Assembly: GCA_041651115.1 (NCBI GenBank)
Contig: JBAZJY010000002.1
Location: 350,855-414,854 of the forward strand
DNA from: Candidatus Omnitrophota bacterium
Lineage (GTDB): Bacteria > Omnitrophota > Gorgyraeia > Gygaellales > Profunditerraquicolaceae
DNA length: 64,000 nucleotides
Direction of reading: 5' to 3'
Position numbers and translations under genes: made by a program. A model generated the notes under the pieces. It had not been told where the DNA came from, did no database searches, and saw only the letters and a list, made by a program, of their open reading frames with translations. Of the stretch, positions 10,246 through 19,036 are shown piece by piece. Numbering within the stretch: the stretch's first letter is position 1; each line of letters opens with the position of its first letter.

Positions 10246-10734
10246 ATGAAGAAAACGGGTTTTATAGTTTTAACGCTGGCAATAGCAGGTATTTGCCTTT
10301 GGGGGTGCGGCCAGAAAGAGCCTTCATCCGAAGAATTAATGCAGGATCCGATGTCAATGGAGTCGTTAAGCACAATGACTGCCACTGATACAAAGGCAAT
10401 GCCGGGAATGAAGCCGGAAGTCGGTATTCAAGAAGTAAAACCGGCGGCTGTAACAGCCGAGCCTAAATTGGAGCCGCTTCCGCCCGCAGGACCTTATAAG
10501 CCTACGTCAAGCGAGATCCAGACTGCGCTAAAGAACGCGGGTTATTATGACGGCAACATAGACGGAAAAGTCGGCCCGAAGACAAAAAAGGCAATACAGG
10601 ATTTTCAAAAGGCCAATAGCCTTGAGGCAGACGGAAAAGTCGGCCCCAAAACCTGGGCAGTCTTAGGCCCTTACCTTGATACTGCAGCCATGGAAGCAGC
10701 CGCGTCAAAGCCGGCTGGAAAGAAAAAAAGATAA
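10246..10734 (+). CDS. Lipoprotein with peptidoglycan-binding (PG_binding_1-like) repeats
   Basis: Signal peptide with LWGCG lipobox; tandem DGKVGPKT repeats. Confidence 0.6.
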   Translation: MKKTGFIVLTLAIAGICLWGCGQKEPSSEELMQDPMSMESLSTMTATDTKAMPGMKPEVGIQEVKPAAVTAEPKLEPLPPAGPYKPTSSEIQTALKNAGYYDGNIDGKVGPKTKKAIQDFQKANSLEADGKVGPKTWAVLGPYLDTAAMEAAASKPAGKKKR

Positions 10735-10747
10735 GCATAACGCCCCC

Positions 10748-10776
10748 TTGAAAACCGGAATGTAATGTTGTATACT
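10748..10776 (+). promoter_or_regulatory. Sigma70-like promoter (TTGAAA, 17 nt spacer, TATACT)
   Basis: Spacing and hexamers read directly from the sequence. Confidence 0.45.
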
Positions 10777-10782
10777 TTAATT

Positions 10783-11036
10783 GCCGATAAAGGTAAACCC
10801 CGGGAAACCGGGGGGCGCAAAGCCTCAGGCCTAAGTTGCTCTACAAAGCCATATTCTTTGAGGAGGCGAGATCAAGAATAGCTCGGCATGTAGGGGCAAT
10901 ATGGTAGCTGGGTTGCCGAAACGCGAGGCCGCGAGTAGTTTAGATTTTGGCCTTTATCGGCGTTTTCATTTATCCGGCATATAAATTACTAAAAATCCCA
11001 ACAGGATCCCCCCAAGATTTTGTTGGGATTTTTTAT
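10783..11036 (+). ncRNA. Candidate structured small RNA, possibly 6S-like
   Basis: Promoter immediately upstream; long-range closing helix gccgataaagg (10783..10793) with cctttatcggc (10951..10961); intrinsic terminator hairpin plus T-tract at 10995..11040; no convincing ORF. Confidence 0.3.
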
Positions 11037-11095
11037 TTTAAAGTGTTATAATTAAACGAGCTAAGATAGATTATTCATACAGTTAAGGAGCAAAA

Positions 11096-11299
11096 ATGGC
11101 TATATCCGCTAAGTTGGCCCACGAGATAAAGAATTCCCTGGCAATAATCCTGCAGGGAGTTGAATGCTTAAGGAACAATGCCGTTTCCGCGGATGAAAGC
11201 ATGAAAACAGTAGTAAAATACATTGAAGAGGCGGCATTGAAGATTGATAAAGCCATAAAAGGAGGCGAAATTGACAAAGAAAAAGATCCTGATCATTGA
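11096..11299 (+). CDS. Stand-alone DHp (HisKA H-box) domain protein, 67 aa
   Basis: LAHEIKNSLAIILQGVECL matches the histidine-kinase H-box; there is no ATPase domain. Confidence 0.4.
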   Translation: MAISAKLAHEIKNSLAIILQGVECLRNNAVSADESMKTVVKYIEEAALKIDKAIKGGEIDKEKDPDH

Positions 11300-11651
11300 T
11301 GATGAAGAGGCTCTCACCCATCTTGTGAAGATGAATCTTGAAGCAACCGGCAATTATGAAGTAATGGCGGAAAACAGAGGGGCCAACGGGCTTGCAGATA
11401 TAAAATCGTTTAAGCCGGACCTGGTTTTATTGGATATTATCATGCCGGAGATAGACGGTTCGGACGTAGCCAGCCAGATAATGGCAGACCCGGAAACCTC
11501 CGGCACGCCGATAGTTTTTTTGACCGCGATAATCAGGAAAGAAGAGGCCGCGGCAAGCAAGGGGGTTATCAGCGGGTATCCTTTTATCGCCAAGTCCGTA
11601 AGCATTAAAGAGCTTATTGAGTGCATAGAGAAAAACGCGCGCAGGCAATAA
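11271..11651 (+). CDS. Single-domain response regulator (CheY-like REC)
   Basis: ILIIDDEE...DLVLLDIIMPEIDG receiver motifs. Confidence 0.8.
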   Translation: MTKKKILIIDDEEALTHLVKMNLEATGNYEVMAENRGANGLADIKSFKPDLVLLDIIMPEIDGSDVASQIMADPETSGTPIVFLTAIIRKEEAAASKGVISGYPFIAKSVSIKELIECIEKNARRQ

Positions 11652-11657
11652 AGGCCC

Positions 11658-13676
11658 ATGGAGCCCATTGACAAAGACCTGATATTGCGGCAGATCCCGC
11701 TGTTTGAGGCCTTATCGGCCGAAGAGAGCGAGCTGGTCAAGCCGCGGTCGGAGATCATTGAATACGGCAAGAACCAGGTAGTCTATGAAGAAGGCTCGCC
11801 TGCCGACGCATTTTATTGCGTTGTCCTCGGCAGGGTAGTGATCTACACGCGTGACCCATCCGGCAATGAGACAATCCTTGAATACCTGCATCGCGGAAAA
11901 TATTTCGGGATCATTTCGTTGCTTACCAATGACAGCCACTCGGTAAGCGCCCGCACGCTCAACGATTCGGCGCTGCTGGTCATTAAAAAGGAAGATTTTG
12001 ATTTTATACTTAAAAGTATCCCCAGGCTTGCCATAGACTTAAGCCTTACTCTTTCACGCCGCCTAAAAAATAAATCCGTCCACCAAAAAACGATCTTTGA
12101 AAGCACGATCGCCTCGGTATTCAGTTCCTACTCGCAGGCAGGCAAAACCGTTTATGCCCTGAACCTGGCGCTTAGCCTGCATAAGGAATCATGTAAATCG
12201 GTGTTGATCATTGATATCTGCGCCGAAGATGCAATCCACAGCCTGCCGCAGAAACTCGGGGTAAGCGCAGAGTATAAAGTTGTTGACCTTTCGGCGTTAT
12301 CCGGAAGCCCTGCGGATATAGTAAAGGCATCCATCGTAAAGAGCGCTTACGGCGCCGACCTTGTTTGTATAACTTATGCAGCGGAAGACGAATCAAGCCT
12401 GAAAAAACTCCTGGCTGTTTTAAGCCAGATGATAAACGATTATCATTACATCATCCTTGACCTGCCTTCGTCCATGGACCAGTTTGTGCTTGGCGCGCTG
12501 AACCAGTCTGACTTTATACATATATTGACCAGCCCCCAGGCAGTTGATTTGAAGAAGACGCATAACCTCATCAATCGGCTTAAGGATGATTTTCATTTCC
12601 AGGAAGCAAAGATCAGGGTAGTCATTAATGAATACAAGCTTTCCAAGATCAATTACCAGGAGCAGCGGGAGATCGTAGGTTTTAATATCCACGCGACCCT
12701 GCCGCGAATGGCGCTTGAATCATCCGACAGACTGGTGCTTGACGATCCGCTCTCGGAATATGCCAAGGCAGTAAGGAGGATCAGCCGGCAGCTGGCAGAT
12801 AACCTTGTGGGCCTGGCGCTGGGCATAGGCGTGGGTTACGGGTTCTGCCATATCGGCGTGCTTAAGGTTATTGAAGAGGAAAATATCCCCATAGACGTCA
12901 TTTCCGGATCAAGTATCGGTTCGCTGATTGCCAGCCTATGGGCAACCGGCAGGAGCGCTCAGGAAATACTTGAGATCATTAAAGAGGAGTTTAAACAACC
13001 CAAATATACATGGGGCCTTATTGACCTTACTTTTCCGTCGCTGGGTTTTATCAGGGGCAACAAGCTTTACAAATTTCTCAAAAAATATCTAGGCAGTAAG
13101 ACTTTTTACGACGTGCGGCTGCCGCTGAAGATCATTGCCAGCGATATCCGCAATAAGGAGCCGCGCGTGCTTGACAAGGGGCTCTTGATTGACGCGATCA
13201 TGGCAAGCTGCGCGATGCCCGGGGTTTTCCAGCCGTTTAAACTTAAGGAAGAATTGCTGCTTGACGGCGGAGTGATCAATCCCCTGCCGACGGAAGTGCT
13301 GTTTAAAATGGGGATCCGCAAAATTATCGCAGTCAACGTGACTCCCTCAAGGGAGGATATTTTAAAGCAATACGAGAGTTTAAAAGAACAATTTGCCTTA
13401 GCCGGCAAAGAGATCAAAAAAGGCAACTGGTTTAACCTGAAACATTATCTGCAGAAGAAATTCAGGACGAACATCCTGGATATAATCTTTAGCAGCGTTG
13501 AGTTGATGCAGTCGGAGATAATACGCAGGGAAGTCCTGCTTGCCGATGTTGTCCTGCATCCGGATACCAGCGGCCTGCATTGGCTTGAGCTTTACCGCGC
13601 CGTGGAATTTGCCCAGCGCGGGGAAAAAGAGGCGCGCGCCAACCTTGACAGGATCAAACAGATGTTGAATGAATAA
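11658..13676 (+). CDS. cNMP-binding domain / degenerate ParA-MinD-like / patatin-like phospholipase
   Basis: N-terminal cyclic-nucleotide-binding beta-barrel motifs (GKYFGIISLL); central SQAGKT plus ILDLP P-loop-like region; C-terminal GxGxxG, GSSIG (GxSxG) and DGG motifs of the patatin family. Confidence 0.8.
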   Translation: MEPIDKDLILRQIPLFEALSAEESELVKPRSEIIEYGKNQVVYEEGSPADAFYCVVLGRVVIYTRDPSGNETILEYLHRGKYFGIISLLTNDSHSVSARTLNDSALLVIKKEDFDFILKSIPRLAIDLSLTLSRRLKNKSVHQKTIFESTIASVFSSYSQAGKTVYALNLALSLHKESCKSVLIIDICAEDAIHSLPQKLGVSAEYKVVDLSALSGSPADIVKASIVKSAYGADLVCITYAAEDESSLKKLLAVLSQMINDYHYIILDLPSSMDQFVLGALNQSDFIHILTSPQAVDLKKTHNLINRLKDDFHFQEAKIRVVINEYKLSKINYQEQREIVGFNIHATLPRMALESSDRLVLDDPLSEYAKAVRRISRQLADNLVGLALGIGVGYGFCHIGVLKVIEEENIPIDVISGSSIGSLIASLWATGRSAQEILEIIKEEFKQPKYTWGLIDLTFPSLGFIRGNKLYKFLKKYLGSKTFYDVRLPLKIIASDIRNKEPRVLDKGLLIDAIMASCAMPGVFQPFKLKEELLLDGGVINPLPTEVLFKMGIRKIIAVNVTPSREDILKQYESLKEQFALAGKEIKKGNWFNLKHYLQKKFRTNILDIIFSSVELMQSEIIRREVLLADVVLHPDTSGLHWLELYRAVEFAQRGEKEARANLDRIKQMLNE

Positions 13677-14139
13677 TAGGAGGGAAGCCATGAAGGTAAG
13701 ATTTTCAGGTTTAATGCTTGTATTTTGCGCGTTTATCCTTGTCGGATGCTCGACGGTAAAAGAGGCTGCCCGGGGCGTGATCGGGATATCTACAAAGGAA
13801 GTTGAAGAGAGCCGCAAAGACGCGCTGGTAAAGCAATTCAATTATTCGTATAATGATTGCTATGATAAAACCATGGAAGTCTTGAAGTATATCGGCGCGT
13901 ATGTTTATACGGAGGACCCGAAAAAAAATATGATTGCCGTATATGTCTCTGCTTCCGATACCACGGTAGCCGGAGTGTTCTTTAAAAAGATTGATCCTGC
14001 CAATACGCAGGTGGAAGTGGCGTCTCCGAGTACTTATGCCAAGGAATTGATCGCCGAAAATGTTTTTGCCGGGCTTGACGGGACATTGGATATGGAGAAA
14101 GATTTTGTTAGTCCCAATAATACAATTGAGCAGGAATAG
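13669..14139 (+). CDS. Lipoprotein, function unknown
   Basis: Signal peptide with LVGCST lipobox. Confidence 0.5.
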   Translation: MNNRREAMKVRFSGLMLVFCAFILVGCSTVKEAARGVIGISTKEVEESRKDALVKQFNYSYNDCYDKTMEVLKYIGAYVYTEDPKKNMIAVYVSASDTTVAGVFFKKIDPANTQVEVASPSTYAKELIAENVFAGLDGTLDMEKDFVSPNNTIEQE

Positions 14140-14156
14140 AAAGGGAGGATAAAGCT

Positions 14157-14390
14157 ATGCCGTATAATGCCAGTCTGGATGAACAGTTGTTTTCCAAATC
14201 ATGGGAATCGGAGAACGGTAAGATCGTTGTCAGCGTATATTCCTACAATAAAGGGACTAAGAAACTGCAGATCGCAAGGGAAGTCAAAGACAGGGAAGGC
14301 AATTTTACCTTTGCCAAGCTCGGAAGGCTTTCCAAGGATGAAGTAGAAGCGGTCTTGCCTTTGATACAGGAAGCTGTAAAAGCCATGTAA
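14157..14390 (+). CDS. Hypothetical small protein
   Basis: ORF with RBS (aagggagg); no motif recognised. Confidence 0.4.
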   Translation: MPYNASLDEQLFSKSWESENGKIVVSVYSYNKGTKKLQIAREVKDREGNFTFAKLGRLSKDEVEAVLPLIQEAVKAM

Positions 14391-14399
14391 ATTCCGGCA

Positions 14400-14891
14400 A
14401 TGTCAGACACTGCCTGTGATATGCTGCAACATTTAAGAGCTCATTTAAAGGGTAAGGTCGTGATACTTGCCGTAGGCAATACCCTAAGAAGCGACGATGC
14501 TCTTGGCCCTGTCTTAGCCGGGCGCATAAAAGACAAGGTGCCCTTTAAGGTCTTTGATGCCGGCCCAACCCCGGAGAATTATTTCGGTAAGATCATCCGG
14601 GAAGCGCCGGATAATCTGGTCGTCATTGACGCGGTTGATTTTGGCGCTAAAGCAGGCGAATTCAGCGTTATTGAAGCCAGCGCCTTAAAGACAGCTAATT
14701 TATTCGCCACGCATAATGCCTCCATTTCATTAGTCAGCGATTACTTGCAAAATAATTTGGCCGCGGATATAATATTTTTAGCGATCCAGCCTAAAACAAC
14801 CGTTTTCGGCGAGAATTTAAGCCCGGAAGTAACCCGCACATTGGATAAATTAGAGGATTGGTTTTGTGAAGCAGGCAAAGAAGAGAGATAG
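14400..14891 (+). CDS. hycI: Hydrogenase maturation endopeptidase (HycI/HyaD family)
   Basis: VVILAVGNTLRSDDALGP...VIDAVDFG signature of hydrogenase maturation proteases. Confidence 0.75.
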   Translation: MSDTACDMLQHLRAHLKGKVVILAVGNTLRSDDALGPVLAGRIKDKVPFKVFDAGPTPENYFGKIIREAPDNLVVIDAVDFGAKAGEFSVIEASALKTANLFATHNASISLVSDYLQNNLAADIIFLAIQPKTTVFGENLSPEVTRTLDKLEDWFCEAGKEER

Positions 14892-16434
14892 CTGGGGTTC
14901 GCGATTAGGCATCATCATGGCGGTTGCCGGTTCGGCAATCGGCTTGGGAAATTTTTTGAGGTTTCCTGCTAAAGCAGCCGCTAACGGCGGCGGCGCTTTC
15001 ATGATCCCGTACTTTGTTTCGTTATTCCTGCTTGGCATACCTTTGATGTGGATCGAGTGGACGCTCGGCCGTTACGGCGGCGGGTTTGAACACGGCACTG
15101 CCCCGGGGATCTTTCACAGCGTCTGGCAGAAGAACCGTTTTATCAAATATTTCGGGGTGATTGGCATATTCGGGCCGCTGGTTATATTCGTATATTATAC
15201 GTATATTGAAGCCTGGACTTTAGCGTACAGTTTTTTCGCGCTCACGGGAAAATATTCCGGGCTTGCCGATCAGGCCTCAATGCAAAGTTTTCTGGCGGGT
15301 TTCCAGGGCCTGGAGCATAACCAGCATTTTAGCGGCTTGCGCACCGCCTACATTTTTTTCCTGATCACTTTTGCGTTGAATGCCGGGGTGATCTACTATG
15401 GCATAAAAGGCGGCATTGAGCGGCTTTGTAAGATCGCCATGCCGCTGTTGTTTATTTTTGGCGTTATCCTGATGATCCGCGTTTTGACTTTAGGCGCGCC
15501 GGATCCTAACCATCCGGCGTGGAATATTTCCAACGGCTTCGGGTTCTTATGGAACGCGGATTTTTCCAGTTTAAAATCAGCAAAGGTCTGGCTTGAGGCA
15601 GCAGGCCAGATATTTTTTACTTTAAGCGTGGGTATCGGCGTGATCCTTACTTATGCCAGTTACCTTTCTAAGGGCGATGATGTTGTTTTATCAGGTTTGA
15701 CTGCGGCAAGCACCAATGAATTCGCGGAAGTGATCCTTGGAGCCAGCATTATCATCCCGGCGGCATTTGTTTTCTTTGGCCCGGATCAGATGCAGTCCGT
15801 GGCAAGCTCCGGAGTATTTAATCTGGGCTTTGTGACTATGCCATTAATACTCAGCAAATTGCCGCTTGCCGCGTTATTCGGATTTTTGTGGTTTGGCCTG
15901 TTGTTTTTGGCAGGCGTAACTTCTGCAGTTTCCCTGGCACAGCCGGCGGTGGCCTTCCTTGAAGATGAATTTGACATTAACAGGAAAAAAGCGGTTGGCA
16001 TATTTTCCGCAGCGGCATTTTTACTTTGTCAGCCGGCGATCTTCTTTTTGGGCAGGGGCGTGGTTGATGAATTGGATTTTTGGGGCGGGACATTTTTCCT
16101 GGTTTTGTTCGCTACGATCGAGACGATCCTTTTTGCCTGGGTATTCGGCATTGAAAAGGCATGGGATGAGATACATAAGGGAGCGGATATGGCCGTACCG
16201 AAGATATATAAATTCATTATCCGCTATATTACGCCGTTGTTCTTGTTCATTATTCTGGGGATGTGGTTTTGGCAGGAATGGCTGCCGATCATTTTTATGA
16301 AAAATGTTTCTGCACAAAACCGGATCTATGTATTGGCAACAAGAGTGGGGCTGCTGTTGGTGTTTTTCGTCCTGGCGGTTTTAGTCAGGCTTGCCTGGAA
16401 ACGTAAAAAGGCAATAGCGGAGAAATTCAGATGA
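14866..16434 (+). CDS. Sodium-dependent transporter, NSS (SNF) family
   Basis: GNFLRFP...GGGAFMIPYF...WIEWTLGRYGG N-terminal NSS motifs; about 12 TM segments. Confidence 0.85.
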   Translation: MKQAKKRDSWGSRLGIIMAVAGSAIGLGNFLRFPAKAAANGGGAFMIPYFVSLFLLGIPLMWIEWTLGRYGGGFEHGTAPGIFHSVWQKNRFIKYFGVIGIFGPLVIFVYYTYIEAWTLAYSFFALTGKYSGLADQASMQSFLAGFQGLEHNQHFSGLRTAYIFFLITFALNAGVIYYGIKGGIERLCKIAMPLLFIFGVILMIRVLTLGAPDPNHPAWNISNGFGFLWNADFSSLKSAKVWLEAAGQIFFTLSVGIGVILTYASYLSKGDDVVLSGLTAASTNEFAEVILGASIIIPAAFVFFGPDQMQSVASSGVFNLGFVTMPLILSKLPLAALFGFLWFGLLFLAGVTSAVSLAQPAVAFLEDEFDINRKKAVGIFSAAAFLLCQPAIFFLGRGVVDELDFWGGTFFLVLFATIETILFAWVFGIEKAWDEIHKGADMAVPKIYKFIIRYITPLFLFIILGMWFWQEWLPIIFMKNVSAQNRIYVLATRVGLLLVFFVLAVLVRLAWKRKKAIAEKFR

Positions 16435-16535
16435 ACCTGAGCGGGTGGATATTTATCGCTATTTCATGGGGTTTTATCATCAGCCTGCTCATATTTTGTT
16501 TTATGAAAGTCTTCTCAAAGAAGGAATTAAAATGA
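16431..16535 (+). CDS. Small (34 aa) single-TM protein translationally coupled to the NSS transporter
   Basis: ATGA start/stop overlap with the upstream gene; MNLSGWIFIAISWGFIISLLIFCFMKVFSKKELK. Confidence 0.3.
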   Translation: MNLSGWIFIAISWGFIISLLIFCFMKVFSKKELK

Positions 16536-16671
16536 GGGGTTATCTGGAATTTCAGGATGGCGCAACGAAAGTCACGCTGCGGTAAGCTTCCCCGCTGAAA
16601 GCCGGTAAAAATGTTGCTTTTTCTGTAATTTGTGTTAATATAAAAACCCTGCAGTTTTATGGAATTAATTA

Positions 16672-16746
16672 GCCGAGGTAGCTCAGTGGTAGAGCGCGGC
16701 CCTGAAAAGGCCGGCGTGGGGGGTCCGATTCCCTCCCTCGGCACCA
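16672..16746 (+). tRNA. tRNA-Phe (anticodon GAA)
   Basis: Cloverleaf folded by hand: acceptor GCCGAGG/CCTCGGC, D-arm GCTCAGTGGTAGAGC, anticodon loop CTGAAAA, CCA encoded. Confidence 0.85.
16724..16743. repeat. attL: 20 bp core (tccgattccctccctcggca) inside the tRNA-Phe 3' end
   Basis: Identical 20-mer recurs at 33650..33669. Confidence 0.8.
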
Positions 16747-16752
16747 TATAAA

Positions 16753-16790
16753 AACGAGAGGTTCTCACAAGCCTCTCGTTTTGCTTTATT
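16753..16790 (+). terminator. Intrinsic terminator after tRNA-Phe
   Basis: cgagagg...cctctcg stem followed by a T-tract. Confidence 0.5.
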
Positions 16791-16919
16791 TAGGCGTAAT
16801 TGCTTCATTTTTGAGGCACTTACGCCTTTTTTGTTGCTTTGGATAACTTTGCATGAATTTACAGGGGTTTATATAACGCATTGTCTTAACGTCACCTTAA
16901 CGTCACAAGGAGGATAATT

Positions 16920-18044
16920 ATGAAAATTCAGGAACTGAGGGAAGATTTAACAGTTTTAGGGTTAGGGGATAATCTTAATTTAGCTGTATTGCTATATTTA
17001 TCCGCAACAGCCAGAAAGACCTCGTGCAAAATCTCCGTTCTTGTTTCCGGCCCTGCAGGATTAGGTAAATCTCATCTTGCCAAGAAGATATTAGAATTAT
17101 TCCCGTCAGAAGATATTATCGTAAGCTCCCGGATGACCCCCGCCGGTCTTATGGGGCTTGAAGATTTAAGGGGCAAGATCCTGTTTATTTACGAACGTTT
17201 TGAAGATCCGCTATTTGCTCAATACATTCGGGAGCTGATGACAGAGGGAGAAGTCAGGTATACCACGGCAGACGGCGAACGGTGTCTGAAGGGCCCGGTT
17301 ACCTTAATCGAGACTACCGTTAATCACAACATCATAGGTGCCGAGAACAGGTCGAGGTGTTTTGTGGTCGGCATAAATACTTCTCTCGAAGCAAAAAATG
17401 GAATTCTGGAGAAGCAGAAGGCGTTAAGAACCATGGAAGGTTTTCGTTATCAGGAGAATTTTGATTCTATTCAGAAAAAGCATAGGGAATTCCACCAAGG
17501 GTTAGACGAGTCTTTGTGGGTTATAATTCCCTTTGCGAAGAATATCAAATTTCAAGCCTCTCCGCATCACGCCCCGCGGATACTCCAGCGTGTCCTCAAT
17601 GTTATCGCAACTATAGCATATCTAGACCAGAATCCAACTCGTGTCGTCACTGAAGGCGGCACACGCTACATTGAAGCTACAACGACTGATTTCGAAGAAG
17701 CAAGGCAGCTACTTACCAATATTCCTATTGAAGAAGACGGTTCTCTGCTTTCTTATAAGGAGGTGGAATTTATTAATATGCTAAGAAGTCAAAGAGAGAG
17801 GCTGTCCAGAAAAACCTTTTTTTCGCGCAATGATTTATTGAATGCGTTGCCTCAAGAGAGCCCTTACAGGAGCTATAAGGTTGTTTCTAAAATCCTTGCT
17901 ACCATTAGTAGGCTTGGTTTCATTGATGAACTTCCGCTGCGGGGGATAAAGAATAGGGTAGAGTATCGTTTCAATAAGGAGTTTCCGTATATGTCTGAGG
18001 GGAATTCGATGTTGACGTGCTACTCAACGCTGAGTTTGGCGTAG
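16920..18044 (+). CDS. SF3-helicase-like P-loop NTPase (phage/plasmid primase-associated type)
   Basis: Walker A GPAGLGKS, acidic Walker-B-like FIYERFED, TTVNHN motif-C-like; first gene of the island. Confidence 0.5.
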   Translation: MKIQELREDLTVLGLGDNLNLAVLLYLSATARKTSCKISVLVSGPAGLGKSHLAKKILELFPSEDIIVSSRMTPAGLMGLEDLRGKILFIYERFEDPLFAQYIRELMTEGEVRYTTADGERCLKGPVTLIETTVNHNIIGAENRSRCFVVGINTSLEAKNGILEKQKALRTMEGFRYQENFDSIQKKHREFHQGLDESLWVIIPFAKNIKFQASPHHAPRILQRVLNVIATIAYLDQNPTRVVTEGGTRYIEATTTDFEEARQLLTNIPIEEDGSLLSYKEVEFINMLRSQRERLSRKTFFSRNDLLNALPQESPYRSYKVVSKILATISRLGFIDELPLRGIKNRVEYRFNKEFPYMSEGNSMLTCYSTLSLA

Positions 18045-18080
18045 TTTTGCCATAAGGCAGGGGAAGCAGATCTTGAGTTA

Positions 18081-18815
18081 TTGAAATTAGTTAGGTTAAA
18101 AATTTTAGTTTTGCCAGTTTTCACAAAAGAAAGGAATGACAAAATGGAAGACTTTAGAATTAAATACCGGCCACAAGATATGTCAGAAATTTGGGGCAAT
18201 GAATGTTTGAAAAAAAGATGGGCTGGGTATCTAAGGAGAAAATCTCCGCCTAAATCCATAATCTTGCACGGTAACTACGGCGTAGGCAAAACTACCCTAG
18301 CAAGGATTATTGGAGGGGATATCTTAAAACTCAGAGATAATAATTTTGGTTTATCTGGGGGTTTTCACGAATTGGATTCAACTAAGCTTGATTCTGAAAA
18401 CCTAAGAGGGTTTTTATCTAAGATTACGGGATATGTTCATGGAACTACGGTGTTGTTTTTTGACGAATTCCAAAGGATGCCCCCAAAGGCCCAAGAGATA
18501 CTTTTAAAGCCCGTTGAAGAGGACGACGATCTGTTTTGTGTCTTTGCAACAACGGATATGAACAGCATAGACGGCGGTATCCAATCAAGAAGCGATAAAT
18601 TCATCATCCAAAAACCCTCAATGGCGATCCTGATAGAGAAGCTTACTGAAATAGCCGAAAAAGAGGATATTGAGATTACGAAGGAAGCCTTGGGGTTTCT
18701 CATCGAGTTAGCTGATTATTCTCCACGCGAGTGCTTGGGGAATCTCTATTCTTTTGGGGGTTCCGATGGCATTATTGACGGAAAAGTGGTGCAACAATTC
18801 TTAAACCCTGATTAA
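18081..18815 (+). CDS. AAA+ ATPase, clamp-loader (DnaX/RFC-small)-like
   Basis: HGNYGVGKTTLARII Walker A, LFFDEFQRM Walker B, CVFATTD sensor-1. Confidence 0.6.
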   Translation: MKLVRLKILVLPVFTKERNDKMEDFRIKYRPQDMSEIWGNECLKKRWAGYLRRKSPPKSIILHGNYGVGKTTLARIIGGDILKLRDNNFGLSGGFHELDSTKLDSENLRGFLSKITGYVHGTTVLFFDEFQRMPPKAQEILLKPVEEDDDLFCVFATTDMNSIDGGIQSRSDKFIIQKPSMAILIEKLTEIAEKEDIEITKEALGFLIELADYSPRECLGNLYSFGGSDGIIDGKVVQQFLNPD

Positions 18816-19036
18816 GCAATAAAATTTTAAAATTCTCCGACGAGAAAATAAATTTAACTAAAAAATCCCTTGACAAATATTATCCGCTATGGTTTTTATT
18901 TATTTGTAGATGTGATGTAACATACTGTAAATAAATGAGTTATGTGTCAGGAGCGAAGCAGGGAATTATCAATTTTTCTCTGTAGCAAGAGCAATATAGG
19001 CATTATTAAACTTTTTCTCCGTGAGAGGAATAGATA

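Noticed and set aside
16427-16768. 113 aa minus-strand ORF (GIGPPTPAFSGPRSTTELP...)
   Set aside because: It is the antisense of tRNA-Phe and its terminator, a classic spurious ORF over a tRNA gene.
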